Source: Chthonomonadales bacterium
Lineage (GTDB): Bacteria; Armatimonadota; Chthonomonadetes; Chthonomonadales; CAJBBX01
Assembly (NCBI GenBank): GCA_038229495.1
Contig: JBBROJ010000007.1
Coordinates: forward strand, 3,263 to 67,262
Reading direction: 5' to 3'
DNA: 64,000 nt
The notes beneath the pieces are model-generated. The model searched no databases. It saw only the letters and a program-made list of their open reading frames with translations, and was not told where the DNA came from. The translations under genes were made by a program, and so were the position numbers. Below are positions 34,104-43,224 of this stretch, one piece after another (the stretch's first letter is position 1; every line of letters starts with the position of its first letter).

Positions 34104-34132
34104 AACATACCACAGCTCGGTTGGAGAGTCAA
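34104..34132 (-). promoter_or_regulatory. Promoter TTGACT-17 nt-TATGTT for greA
   Basis: Read on the minus strand, about 30 nt upstream of the greA start region. Confidence 0.5.
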
Positions 34133-34381
34133 TGCCGTTATGGCCGCTTTGCTGCTACCCAATGAATCCCGCTTCTGCGCCCGATCACTGTTTTTGCAGG
34201 CCGCCCAGGCAGTGGGCAAGAATGAGATTCAACGTCGCGGATTCGCCCGGACGACTCGTCTATCGATTAACACCGTGATGTAAGATGATGCAATCCAAGC
34301 ATCATAATGAAGCAATTGAGGCTTCAGAAGCGGCATGGAGCTGCTTCCGCCTCCTCTGACCGAAAGGAGAGACTATCTTCC

Positions 34382-35185
34382 ATGCTAAGAACCAAGCATT
34401 TCGCGTGGCTGGCCGGATTATGCGGCCTGACGGCTCTGGCCTGCCTGAGCGCGGGCGGACAGGCCGCTGCCCCGGATGACGCTAAGAGTCTGCAGGACCG
34501 CGAAAAGGTCCAGAAGGAGCTTCGGGAGCTGGAATCCCAGCGCGCGAAGATCGATTCCAGGATCGGGGAGCTTCGCCGGCAGGCAGGCCGCGGCGCCACT
34601 CGCACATTCATCTATAACGACCGCAAGGCTCAGTTCTTTGGTGTACCGGGAGACCATGGTTTTCTGTTTTCAGACGGCAACGTTCAGGGGCTGAAGGAGT
34701 TGTCGGCCGAGCAGCGCAAGAAGGTGGACGAGGCCATGACCGAAGCGCGCAAGGCTTTGGAAAAGGCGAAGATGGACCTGCCCGAGGGGTTTGTATTGCC
34801 GGACATCGACGGTATTGTCGGTAATTCGCTCCGCTTTCATGCCCTGCCAAATGGCAGGTCGCTGGAGCTATTAACTCCCGCGCTACTGGATAAGGAGAAG
34901 ATGAAGGAGCAGATAGACAGGCTGCGGAGGATGCCTAAGTCCAACGCCGAGGTCTATCGCAATTACGTGACTCCGCGCGTCTATACCACGCCAGGCATTC
35001 CGGCGGTTCCCGCCATGCCCGGATCTCCACTCTATAGGGAGGGGTCTCAGGACCTCCGTAACGAAGTCCGCGAGCTGCGCCAGGAGGTCGAGCGGCTTCG
35101 CGGCGAGATTCGCCGCGACCGTGGCGGTAAGAAGGATCGAAACGATACGAAGACTCAATTCCTGGAGCCTTTCGGCGCGATCTGA
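34382..35185 (+). CDS. Secreted coiled-coil hypothetical protein
   Basis: Signal peptide from M26 (MLRTKHFAWLAGLCGLTALACLSAGG). The body is charged and heptad-like. Confidence 0.5.
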   Translation: MLRTKHFAWLAGLCGLTALACLSAGGQAAAPDDAKSLQDREKVQKELRELESQRAKIDSRIGELRRQAGRGATRTFIYNDRKAQFFGVPGDHGFLFSDGNVQGLKELSAEQRKKVDEAMTEARKALEKAKMDLPEGFVLPDIDGIVGNSLRFHALPNGRSLELLTPALLDKEKMKEQIDRLRRMPKSNAEVYRNYVTPRVYTTPGIPAVPAMPGSPLYREGSQDLRNEVRELRQEVERLRGEIRRDRGGKKDRNDTKTQFLEPFGAI

Positions 35186-35200
35186 AAGTCTACGTGCAAT

Positions 35201-35226
35201 CAGGCGGCCGCGTGAGCGGCCGCCTG
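35201..35226. terminator. Bidirectional hairpin CAGGCGGCCGC-GTGA-GCGGCCGCCTG
   Basis: An 11-bp perfect stem between the convergent genes ending at 35185 and 35247. Confidence 0.6.
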
Positions 35227-35246
35227 TCCCAGTTTCCATCTTCGAT

Positions 35247-36584
35247 CTACACCTCTAACAGATCCTTCAGCCCCTCTAGGCGCGCCTGTATGTCGTTCAC
35301 GAAGCGGGCGGCCCCAATCCCATTGGCGATCCTGTGGTCGAACGTGAAGACCATGTTCGCCGACCGCCGGAAGCCGGCTCCTCCGCCCGGCAGCGGATAC
35401 GCCTGATCGTAGGGAGCTCCGATAAACAGGGTTCCCGCGGCGGGGGCGACTACGACGGGAATGCCGGTCCGCACGCCCGCGGCCGACATGTTCGAAATAC
35501 TGATCTGCATCGCTTCCGCCGTCTGATCCTCGCCATCCCTCGCTCGATCGATGGCCGCCTGCGCCTGCGACACAAACTCCCTGAATCCAAGCGTATCGGC
35601 GCTGAGAACGCGGGCCATAAGCAGCTCGTCTCCCGGGCGCGCGACCGCGATTCCAAGATGGAGATGCGCGTACTCGCGGATGGAAATATCGGTGACGAGC
35701 GCGGACCGAAACGAGGGATGCACTTTCGCCGCCTGCGCGACGCACCACGCGAACAGAAGAAACTGCGAGGGAGGACGATCTCCCTCCGCCTGTGCCTGCA
35801 CCCTCATCTCCGCGCGCACAGCCTCGACAGCGTTCCAGTTAACCACGATCTCCATGGTGGCGGGGATGACCGCCTGTGCGCTCCGCTGCAGCCTGTGAAC
35901 CAGCATGCGCTGAGGCTGCGACAGCGGCAGGTCCCTGTATTCCAGTCCCTCGCGGTTCTCTGCCCGGCCCGATACGATCGCGGAAGCGCTCACCGATTCG
36001 CCCGAAGAGGAGGCGCGCCTGCCTTCGAGATAGGCATCGACCGACTGAGGCATCAGCTTGCCGTCCACGTGCTGCGCCAGTCGCGCCAGCTCGGTATCGC
36101 CTACCCCTCTTTCACGGGCATAGCCTCGCGTGCGCGGCGGCACGGAACCATTTCGCAACCGGCCGGGACCCGCCGTGACGTGGACTAATTCCTTCGGGGA
36201 AGCGGATACTGCGTGCGAATTGTGGACATCTTCCGGAGCCTGAGCGCCTGCTAAGGACAGGGGTGGCTTGGATCCGTTTGTGGTGACGGGAATTTCGCCA
36301 GCCGCCAGCCGCGTGTCCTTGTCGCCGACGGGCTCCGGCGGCGTCACCGTAGCAATTCGACCGACTACCGCTCCGATGGGAAGCACGTCATCCTCATTTG
36401 CGCCCCACGATTCCATGACGCCGGCGACAGGAGACTCTATCTCCAATATCGCCTTGTCCGTTTCCATTTCGTAGATCGGTTCATCCTTGGCTACGGACTC
36501 GCCAGTCTGCTTAAGGAATCGAATCAGTCGGGCCTCCTGGAGCCCTTCTCCCAATTGTGGAATCTTGATCTCGATCGTAGCCAT
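35247..36584 (-). CDS. 2-oxoacid dehydrogenase E2 (dihydrolipoamide acyltransferase)
   Basis: Lipoyl domain (EMETDKA), a peripheral subunit-binding region, and a catalytic domain ending with the FDHRIANG motif. Confidence 0.88.
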   Translation of the reverse strand: MATIEIKIPQLGEGLQEARLIRFLKQTGESVAKDEPIYEMETDKAILEIESPVAGVMESWGANEDDVLPIGAVVGRIATVTPPEPVGDKDTRLAAGEIPVTTNGSKPPLSLAGAQAPEDVHNSHAVSASPKELVHVTAGPGRLRNGSVPPRTRGYARERGVGDTELARLAQHVDGKLMPQSVDAYLEGRRASSSGESVSASAIVSGRAENREGLEYRDLPLSQPQRMLVHRLQRSAQAVIPATMEIVVNWNAVEAVRAEMRVQAQAEGDRPPSQFLLFAWCVAQAAKVHPSFRSALVTDISIREYAHLHLGIAVARPGDELLMARVLSADTLGFREFVSQAQAAIDRARDGEDQTAEAMQISISNMSAAGVRTGIPVVVAPAAGTLFIGAPYDQAYPLPGGGAGFRRSANMVFTFDHRIANGIGAARFVNDIQARLEGLKDLLEV

Positions 36585-36598
36585 GCGTATGCTCCCGC

Positions 36599-38626
36599 CT
36601 ACTCCATCACGGTGCGAATGGCGTCCATCACCTGGTCCAAATTCGGCAGAACCGTGTATTCGAGCGTTGGATTGAACGGGACGTGGGTATCCATCCGCGC
36701 TACGAGCTGAGGCGCGGACACCAGCTGATTCCAGTTGGACAGGCGCGATGTCATCTCCGCCACGATCGTCTGGCCAAAACCGCCTGTCCGGCTGTCTTCA
36801 TGAAGCACAACCAGCCTGCCCGTCTTTGCGACCGACGCGGCAATCCCGTCCCAATCGCATGGCGTGATGCACCGCAGGTCGATTATTTCGACCGACGTGT
36901 TCTCCTCTTCGGCGCGTTCGGAGGCTTCATCCGCCAACTCCATGCCGTTGCCCCACGTCACCAGAGTTACGTCCGTACCCTCGCGCCGAATAGCCGCCTT
37001 CCCAAGAGGCACGGCGGGAAAGGCGTCGCGGATGGTGACCCGCTTTCGGAAGATGTGCTTGGGCACCAGAAAGAGCGTCGGATCATCGCCCCGGATTGCC
37101 GTCCATAGCATTCCCGCGGCATCTTCGGGCGTGCTCGGAATACAGATCCGAACGCCGTGGATATGCGCCCACGTACCTTCGTTGCTCTGGCTGTGCCATA
37201 GGCTGCCGCCGGGCAGATAGGCCCCGCACGGCGCGATGAGCACCATAGGGCACGACCACTCGCCGCGCGATCTCCAGCGAAGAGACGCGACCTGAGTCAT
37301 TAGCTGATTCAGGCCCGGGGCCAGGAAGTCGATGAACTGCAGCTCGAAGATGGGGCGGTAGCCGGATGCGGCGAGTCCGACCGCCGCGCCGACAATGGTG
37401 GCTTCTGCGAGCGGCGCGTTAAAAACGCGGTTCGGAAAATCGGTGCTCAGCCCTTTTGTAAGACCGAAGACGCCGCCCTTGGGGTCCTCGATGTCCTGTC
37501 CCAGCATGATGACGCGGTCGTCCCGCGTCAGCGCGGCGCGCAGGGTGTCGTTGATGGTCGAGACCATCGTCATTGTCTCTGACGGGCGTATCGGGGGCGG
37601 TTCTAGGGACGCGTGCGAATCCGAATATAGCCAGTCCATTACGCGGTCCGGCTCCACATCGGCGGACTGTTCGGCGCGAGTGTAGTCGTTCTCGACCATC
37701 TCGCTTATGTCCGCCTGCATCCGCTTCCATTCGGATTCGGACAGCGCACCCTCCTGAATTAGCCGCCGCGAAAGCGCAAGGATCGGGTCGCGGCGCGTCA
37801 TGGCCGCGATATCCTCCGGGGTGCGGTAGACTCGGTGATCGTCCGAGGAGGTATGCGACGAGAGCCGATCCATTTCACACCATAAAACAGTCGGTCCTTC
37901 TCCGCGCCGCGCCTTTTCTACAGCCTTTTTCCCCGCCGCAAACAGCTCGTAGGGGTCGCGCGCATTGACGAAGGCAACATGATTCTCGGTGAAAATGTGC
38001 AGGCGGTAGGGGTTGTGGCGCTCGGTGGGAGTGCTGATGCCGTACAGGTTATCTTCGACCACCATGACGAGCGGAAGGCTCTCCTGGATGGCGAAAGCTA
38101 TCGCCTCATAGTATTCGCCCTGCCGCGTCGCGGCATCTCCGACCGTGCAGAGGGCGACGGAGTCCGACCCGTTCAGCTTCAATCCCCACGCGGCGCCTGC
38201 CGCGGGTATGCACTGCGAGGCGGTGGGCGTGGCGACGGAGAAGATGTTCAGGTCGCGGCTGCTGTAGTGACCCGGCATGTGTCGGCCGCCGCTCGATGAG
38301 TCGCGTTTTGCGAAGTAGGCGAGCGCCAATTCGTAGTTGGAAACGCCGCGCGCCAGCGCTATGGCTCGGTCGCGGTAGTAGGGGAAGATGTAATCCGCGG
38401 GCCGCAGATGAAACATCAACGCGGCGAGCGGTTCGTGGCCCATCGCCGAAACATGGAACCACCCGCGGCTCTGGCGCAGCAGAATGCCTTCGCGCCGATC
38501 TCCCTGCCGGGAGGTCTCCATAATGCGGAGGAGCTCAATGGCCCGATCCTGGTCCAAGATATCGAGGGCGCCGAGGGATTCGGAGTTCAAGTTTGTTGCG
38601 GTTGCAGGCGCGGCCGCTGCGGTCAT
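36599..38626 (-). CDS. 2-oxoacid dehydrogenase E1 component, fused alpha-beta subunits (TPP-dependent)
   Basis: The alpha part (GDAATRQGEYYEAI) and the transketolase-like beta part are in one ORF. The start is set at M15, preceded by AGGAAAG. Confidence 0.85.
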   Translation of the reverse strand: MTAAAAPATATNLNSESLGALDILDQDRAIELLRIMETSRQGDRREGILLRQSRGWFHVSAMGHEPLAALMFHLRPADYIFPYYRDRAIALARGVSNYELALAYFAKRDSSSGGRHMPGHYSSRDLNIFSVATPTASQCIPAAGAAWGLKLNGSDSVALCTVGDAATRQGEYYEAIAFAIQESLPLVMVVEDNLYGISTPTERHNPYRLHIFTENHVAFVNARDPYELFAAGKKAVEKARRGEGPTVLWCEMDRLSSHTSSDDHRVYRTPEDIAAMTRRDPILALSRRLIQEGALSESEWKRMQADISEMVENDYTRAEQSADVEPDRVMDWLYSDSHASLEPPPIRPSETMTMVSTINDTLRAALTRDDRVIMLGQDIEDPKGGVFGLTKGLSTDFPNRVFNAPLAEATIVGAAVGLAASGYRPIFELQFIDFLAPGLNQLMTQVASLRWRSRGEWSCPMVLIAPCGAYLPGGSLWHSQSNEGTWAHIHGVRICIPSTPEDAAGMLWTAIRGDDPTLFLVPKHIFRKRVTIRDAFPAVPLGKAAIRREGTDVTLVTWGNGMELADEASERAEEENTSVEIIDLRCITPCDWDGIAASVAKTGRLVVLHEDSRTGGFGQTIVAEMTSRLSNWNQLVSAPQLVARMDTHVPFNPTLEYTVLPNLDQVMDAIRTVME

Positions 38627-38695
38627 GGGAGTCTTTCCTGTGGGGTGCAAAGAATAAAAGCGACCCATCGGCTAAGCGGTCTGCATGGCTGTCGC

Positions 38696-38766
38696 GGACT
38701 AACTGGCATCGACTGGAATCGACTGACATCAACTGGCATCGACTGGAACGGACTAATACGGACTAG
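38696..38766. repeat. About 7 tandem decamers (GGCATCGACT / GGAATCGACT / GGAACGGACT ...)
   Basis: Read directly, 70 nt upstream of the E1 start in a 680-nt divergent intergenic region. Confidence 0.88.
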
Positions 38767-38825
38767 TCGCGGGAGGAGAGGAAACGTTTAACAGCTTCGC
38801 GGGCTCCATTGCCTGGCTGATTAGC

Positions 38826-38903
38826 CCGGATTATTCACGTGGAGAGCGGAGCTACGGAATGTGGCGGAGGTTGCTCCCTACGTGGGATTAACGAATAATC
38901 CGG
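38826..38903. repeat. 78-bp hairpin-type element: 11-bp terminal inverted repeat CCGGATTATTC/GAATAATCCGG around the core CGGAGGTTGCTCCCT
   Basis: The core at 38865-38879 is identical to part of the 23-nt core at 63321-63343 and 23596-23618. Confidence 0.7.
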
Positions 38904-39122
38904 ATTTGGGGATTGAATGGAAGGCCGTAACTCACCCTGCGTCCCTCTTATTATGGCGGAGGCAGGGACTGTTGTCAAGGCGCGGAACTTGGAGCTGCTT
39001 GCAGGCTGCTGTTTGCGACTTATCGCGTCGGGCCGCTCGTACCCCTGGTGTCTACCATTATCACGAATCGTAGATTGCCTGGATGCTGCTCTCCGGCCAC
39101 TCCTGCACTCCTGCGCAATTCG

Positions 39123-39151
39123 TTGACACGCCTGGAACGGACGGATATAAT
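39123..39151 (+). promoter_or_regulatory. Perfect-consensus sigma70 promoter TTGACA-17 nt-TATAAT
   Basis: Hexamers at 39123-39128 and 39146-39151 read directly. Confidence 0.7.
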
Positions 39152-39157
39152 AACTGG

Positions 39158-39235
39158 ACATGCGGGCCGGCGGACTGACGAAATTGCCGCCCGCTTCAAG
39201 AGCGCTTCTAGCCCCGGCTCGCGGCCGGGGTTGTC
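39158..39235 (+). ncRNA. Structured leader or small RNA candidate (two GC hairpins) downstream of the consensus promoter
   Basis: Hairpin 1 is GCGGGC..GGC / GCC..GCCCGC (39162-39194). Hairpin 2 is CCCCGGC-TCGCG-GCCGGGG (39212-39230), followed by TTGTCCTATATGT. The M16 peptidase ATG is at 39308. Confidence 0.3.
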
Positions 39236-39307
39236 CTATATGTCCGCTCTGCTGTGATGTCGCTTTTCTCGACTTGCTGTCGTCATTGCCAAGAGGTCAA
39301 TCGGACT

Positions 39308-40579
39308 ATGCCCAATTCACCAGCCGCCTTCAATGAGAACATCGAGATAACCACCCTCGCGAATGGAATCCGCGTCGTCTCCGAGACGGTCACGCACGTG
39401 CAGTCCGTCTCCATCGGCATATGGGTCGGCGTCGGCTCACGTGACGAGGAGCGGGGCGTACGGGGGATAACGCACTTCATCGAGCACATGCTTTTCAAGG
39501 GGACCGCCCGCCGCGATGCCCGCCAGATCGCCGATGAGATCGAATCGCGGGGCGGAAGCCTGAACGCCTTTACGGACAAGGAGTACACCTGCTACTACGC
39601 CAAAGCGCTAGCCGAGCATGCCGACCTCGTTATGGACGTCCTGACCGACATGCTGCGCCACTCCGCGCTCGACGCCGAGGAGCTTGGGCGGGAGCAAAAC
39701 GTCGTCCTGGAGGAGATCAAGCGATACGACGACACGCCGGACGACATCGTGCACGACATCTTCGCGCAGACCGTGTGGAGCACGCACCCGCTGGGCCGCC
39801 CCGTCATCGGCACGAGCAAGACCGTGGCCGCGCTGGACCGGAACAATCTCATCGACTACATTTCGACGCACTACACGCCGGACCGAATCGTGGTCTCAGC
39901 GTCCGGCAATATGCGGCATGACGAGATTGTCGCGCTCGCCGAAAAGAGCTTGGGCGACATGACCGGGTCTACCTACCAGCGGCGTCCAATTCGTCCCCCG
40001 CTGCCCTCCGGCAAGGACAAGCGGACTCGCAGGCGAACCGAGCAGGTCCACTTCTGTTATGGCGCTCCCGCCTTTGGCCAGCACGATGACGACCGCTACG
40101 TGCTCGCGATTCTGGACACGGTTCTGGGCGGCAACATGAGTTCGCGCCTCTTCCAGGAGGTCCGGGAGAAGCGCGGCCTCGCCTACGCCATCGGCTCCTA
40201 CAGCGTGGCCTATGACGAGGGCGGCCTGTTCACCGTCTATGGGGGCACGAGTCCCGACACTTTCAAGCAGGTGCTCGACATCACCAAAACGGAGATCGAA
40301 AAGGTGAAGCGCGAGGGACTGACCGACGACGAGATCACGAAGTCGAAGACCCAGATTCGCGGGGCGCTCGTGCTTGGGCTGGAGAACATGAGCAGCCGGA
40401 TGATGCGCATGGGCAAGTCGCTGCTCTATTTCGACCGGGTGATTCCGCTCAACGAGATCATCCACAAGATTAACGCGGTTACGCACGACGACCTCGCACG
40501 GATTAGCAATATGCTGTTTGATGAATCGAAGCTGACGCTGGCCGCGGTCGGCCCGTTCCGAAAAGGAGAGTTGGGATGA
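39308..40579 (+). CDS. M16 family (pitrilysin/insulinase-like) zinc peptidase
   Basis: HFIEHMLFKGT (inverted HxxEH zinc motif) and a two-domain M16 layout. The start is at M19 of the ORF. Confidence 0.88.
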   Translation: MPNSPAAFNENIEITTLANGIRVVSETVTHVQSVSIGIWVGVGSRDEERGVRGITHFIEHMLFKGTARRDARQIADEIESRGGSLNAFTDKEYTCYYAKALAEHADLVMDVLTDMLRHSALDAEELGREQNVVLEEIKRYDDTPDDIVHDIFAQTVWSTHPLGRPVIGTSKTVAALDRNNLIDYISTHYTPDRIVVSASGNMRHDEIVALAEKSLGDMTGSTYQRRPIRPPLPSGKDKRTRRRTEQVHFCYGAPAFGQHDDDRYVLAILDTVLGGNMSSRLFQEVREKRGLAYAIGSYSVAYDEGGLFTVYGGTSPDTFKQVLDITKTEIEKVKREGLTDDEITKSKTQIRGALVLGLENMSSRMMRMGKSLLYFDRVIPLNEIIHKINAVTHDDLARISNMLFDESKLTLAAVGPFRKGELG

Positions 40580-41052
40580 CCCCACGCGTGGAGCAACTAT
40601 TTACGGCGCCGGCAGAGGGCGAGCCGATGCATGCGCACCAAGCCGTCGAATTGGTAGCCGGTTTCGGCATCACCGGCGACCGGTATGCCCTCGGCAAAGG
40701 CCATTTCAGCGATCCGAAGTACGCCGACCAGCAGCTTACGCTCGTGGAGGCGGAGGTGGCGGAGCGCGTGGGGCTGACCCCTGATGAGACTCGCCGGAAC
40801 ATCGTAACGCGCGGAATCGTGCTCGAATCGCTCATCGGCAAGTCCTTCCTGCTGGGCGAGGCAGAGATTCGCGGCATCCGGTCCTGCGACCCCTGCGCCT
40901 ACTTGGAAGGGCGGACGCGCCCGGGCCTGGTGAAGGACATGGCGCACAAGGGCGGCCTGCGCGCGGAGATTGTGCGCAGCGGAACGGTCCGCATTGGCGA
41001 TCCGCTCATCTTGGATTCCTATTCCGATTCGGGCGAGCGGACGGCCGTATGA
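40576..41052 (+). CDS. MOSC domain protein
   Basis: 158 aa. GITGDRY, RRNIVTRG and the conserved Cys (RSCDPCAYLE) are present. A 4-nt overlap with the upstream gene. Confidence 0.75.
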   Translation: MTPRVEQLFTAPAEGEPMHAHQAVELVAGFGITGDRYALGKGHFSDPKYADQQLTLVEAEVAERVGLTPDETRRNIVTRGIVLESLIGKSFLLGEAEIRGIRSCDPCAYLEGRTRPGLVKDMAHKGGLRAEIVRSGTVRIGDPLILDSYSDSGERTAV

Positions 41053-41855
41053 CCATTCGCGTCGCCGTAGCGGGAGCGGCAGGCCGCATGGGCCGCGAGG
41101 TTATACGCGCGGTGCACGAGACAGAGGACATGGAGGTTGTCGCCGCCATTGACCGCCGGCACGCCGGCGAGGATATCGGCGAGGTTGCCGGATTGGGGAA
41201 CATCGGGATTGCCGTGCGGGACGACCTGGCCGCCGCACTGCGGGAATCGCGGGCGGAGGTCGTAGTCGATTTCACGGTTCCGGCCAGCGCGATGGGCAAC
41301 ATTCGTGCGGCCATCGAGGCGCGGGTCGCGCCGGTCGTCGGGACCACCGGCTTGAAGCCCTCGGACGTGGAGCAGGTCCGGAAGTGGGCCGAATCGGCTG
41401 GAATCGGGGCGTTGATCGCCCCCAACTTCGCGATAGGCGCGGCGCTGATGATGCAATTCGCGGCCCAGGCCGCGCGCTTCCTGCCGGACGTGGAGATTAT
41501 CGAGCTTCATCACGAAAACAAGCTTGATTCGCCCTCCGGCACGGCGCTCATGACCGCGCAGAAGATTGCGGAGGCGCGCATCGGCAGTCCCAAGCCGCCG
41601 CCTTCCGAACCGGTCGAGAAGATACCCGGCGCGCGGGGCGCGAACTGGGCCGGAATCCCGATTCACAGCGTGCGGCTGCCCGGTTACGTGGCGCATCAGG
41701 AAGTCATCTTCGGGGGTCTCGGCCAGACGCTGACCCTGCGCCACGACTCGATTGACCGCCGCTCCTTCATGCCGGGCGTCGTCCTCTCCATCCGCAAAGT
41801 CCGCTCTCTGCCAGGTTTGGTGACAGGCCTGGAGCACCTGCTGGACGACCGCTGA
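41049..41855 (+). CDS. dapB: 4-hydroxy-tetrahydrodipicolinate reductase DapB
   Basis: IRVAVAGAAGRMGRE Rossmann motif and EIIELHHENKLDSPSGTA, the DapB signature. Confidence 0.92.
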   Translation: MTIRVAVAGAAGRMGREVIRAVHETEDMEVVAAIDRRHAGEDIGEVAGLGNIGIAVRDDLAAALRESRAEVVVDFTVPASAMGNIRAAIEARVAPVVGTTGLKPSDVEQVRKWAESAGIGALIAPNFAIGAALMMQFAAQAARFLPDVEIIELHHENKLDSPSGTALMTAQKIAEARIGSPKPPPSEPVEKIPGARGANWAGIPIHSVRLPGYVAHQEVIFGGLGQTLTLRHDSIDRRSFMPGVVLSIRKVRSLPGLVTGLEHLLDDR

Positions 41856-41903
41856 CGGCATTATTTGACCACGGCGGGCACGGCGAACGGCTTTTTTGCC
41901 ACT

Positions 41904-42225
41904 GGGACACGGGGACACGGGGAGAATAGACACACGACCACCGACCCCAGACCGCTGCCCCGATATTCCGATGGGAGCCTTAGCGGCCTGAAGAATCCGG
42001 CCACTCTCGCTAATTGTCAAGGTAGATTGCTATGACGCCTGCCCGCCGTTTCTCTGTTGGCATATGGGCAGTCGGCCTGTTTATCGTGAGTCGGCGAACG
42101 GGTGACGGCGGGTTCCGACGGACTTAATTGAACCACAAAGGCACCAAGACACAAAGAAGGGCCAACAAGAAGGGCGATAAATCCCCATTCTGGTATTTCC
42201 CCGTGTCCCCCGTGCTCCCCGTGGT
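41904..42225. repeat. Complementary short-repeat arrays GGGACACGGGGACACGGGGAG (41904-41924) and TCCCCGTGTCCCCCGTGCTCCCCGTGG (42198-42225) bracketing about 270 bp of non-coding DNA
   Basis: Read directly. ORF 42017..42289 across the right arm looks spurious. Confidence 0.8.
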
Positions 42226-42633
42226 TAATTGTCCTTTCGGTCCGGCTCAAGGCGCGATTCTTGCACGAATGAGAACGAGATGCTTGCACGACGATTGGTT
42301 ATGCCCCCTAACCCCCCATTCTGGGGGAAGAGGAGTTGGAATCCGGGTTGGCCGGTCTTCCGATGGGTAGGGCTTCTTGTAGCAAGTTGACTGCCGGGAC
42401 GCCGTAGTTTGGTTGATCGGCGGTGCGACCGTCTTTTCCTCTGTCCCGCGATTTACCTCCTGAATAGTAGTTATATGTATGCTTACTCTTATCAGACGAG
42501 CGAATGCGGAATAATGTTTCATCAAATGTAGACATTTATATATGGGTTATTAGAGATGGGAGCGTGCAATGCCCTGTGTGCCAAGATAGAGTGAGACATT
42601 TGGGGTGACCCCCAATTAGTGTAGATAAGGGCT

Positions 42634-42960
42634 CTAGGGAGTTTTGTCCTTGATTAACTCGACGATAGGCAGCAACGGAATCCGAAATGGATTCGCGACC
42701 AACTCGCTTCCAGCCACTGCGAATTTTGGCGGCTCGCTTCGGCTGGTGTCGGCCTCCCTCCGCTCGCCGCCAAAATTCGCAGTGGCGGCCTCAGCCGGCG
42801 TTCCCGCCGACGCGCCGGGTGATCGGCTCAACAGCTCCGCCACCTTTGAATCGGAAACATCCCGTACCCCGAACTTTACGTCGTGCCCCTTCTCCGCCCA
42901 CCGCCAGCCCAGCATTCCGCCCACATTGCCCGTTCCGATAATTCGTATTTTCAGTTGATT
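42634..42960 (-). pseudogene. Truncated NAD(P)-binding oxidoreductase (F420-dependent NADP reductase-like N-terminal Rossmann fragment)
   Basis: The minus strand reads LKIRIIGTGNVGGMLGWRWAEKGHDVKFGVRD.. with no ATG start. Family-like sequence ends at the 20-bp inverted repeat, after which the frame is nonsense-like. Confidence 0.55.
42714..42785. repeat. Perfect 20-bp inverted repeat CCACTGCGAATTTTGGCGGC / GCCGCCAAAATTCGCAGTGG with 32-nt spacer
   Basis: Read directly, inside the truncated oxidoreductase frame. Confidence 0.9.
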
Positions 42961-43084
42961 CTTCTCCTCTGTCGGCGCTCAAAGCATAGATTCTCATTCG
43001 GTCAGATGCAATTGTCCATTGGGGAGTTTTCTTCGCGAGGGAAAATCGGGATCGGCAGAGAACGAACTGTCGGACCTGTTGCAT

Positions 43085-43185
43085 ATGTGTTTCCCGTCCG
43101 CGAGGACGGTTGGCCCATGGCCCAGAGTTCTCAGGCGCGCCACTGGTCCGAGCGCCTGAGACAGCGAGTGAATTCATTCACTCGT
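43085..43185 (-). repeat. MITE-like dispersed repeat, copy B (inverted relative to copy A)
   Basis: Its reverse complement reads ACGAGTGAATGAATTCACTCGCTGTCTCAGGCGCTCGGACCAGTGGCGCG..GAGAACTCTGGGCC..CCAACCGTCCTCGCGGACGGGAAA. This aligns block by block with 4738-4858. Confidence 0.75.
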
Positions 43186-43224
43186 ATGAGTGCGGATTTG
43201 AAAGCTGGAAATATCTGTTTGGAA

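Noticed and set aside
38800-39120. Possible housekeeping ncRNA (RNase P RNA, tmRNA, SRP RNA or 6S) in the 680-nt intergenic region upstream of the E1 gene, and likewise in 41860-42640
   Set aside because: I could not find the diagnostic strings. These were GAGGAAAGTCC-type P4 for RNase P, a tRNA-like GGTTCGAATCC end for tmRNA, and a GGAAGCAGCC-type SRP domain IV. They were absent on either strand. Only repeat-derived hairpins are evident.
41019-42020. A 333-aa minus-strand ORF antisense to dapB. Similar long antisense or alternative-frame ORFs include 6463..7266, 7888..8634, 35334..36188, 27385..28161, 1870..2700 and 3191..4729.
   Set aside because: These are typical stop-poor shadow frames of a 60% GC genome. 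They are Arg/Pro/Gly-rich, and each fully overlaps a gene with clear family motifs on the other frame or strand.
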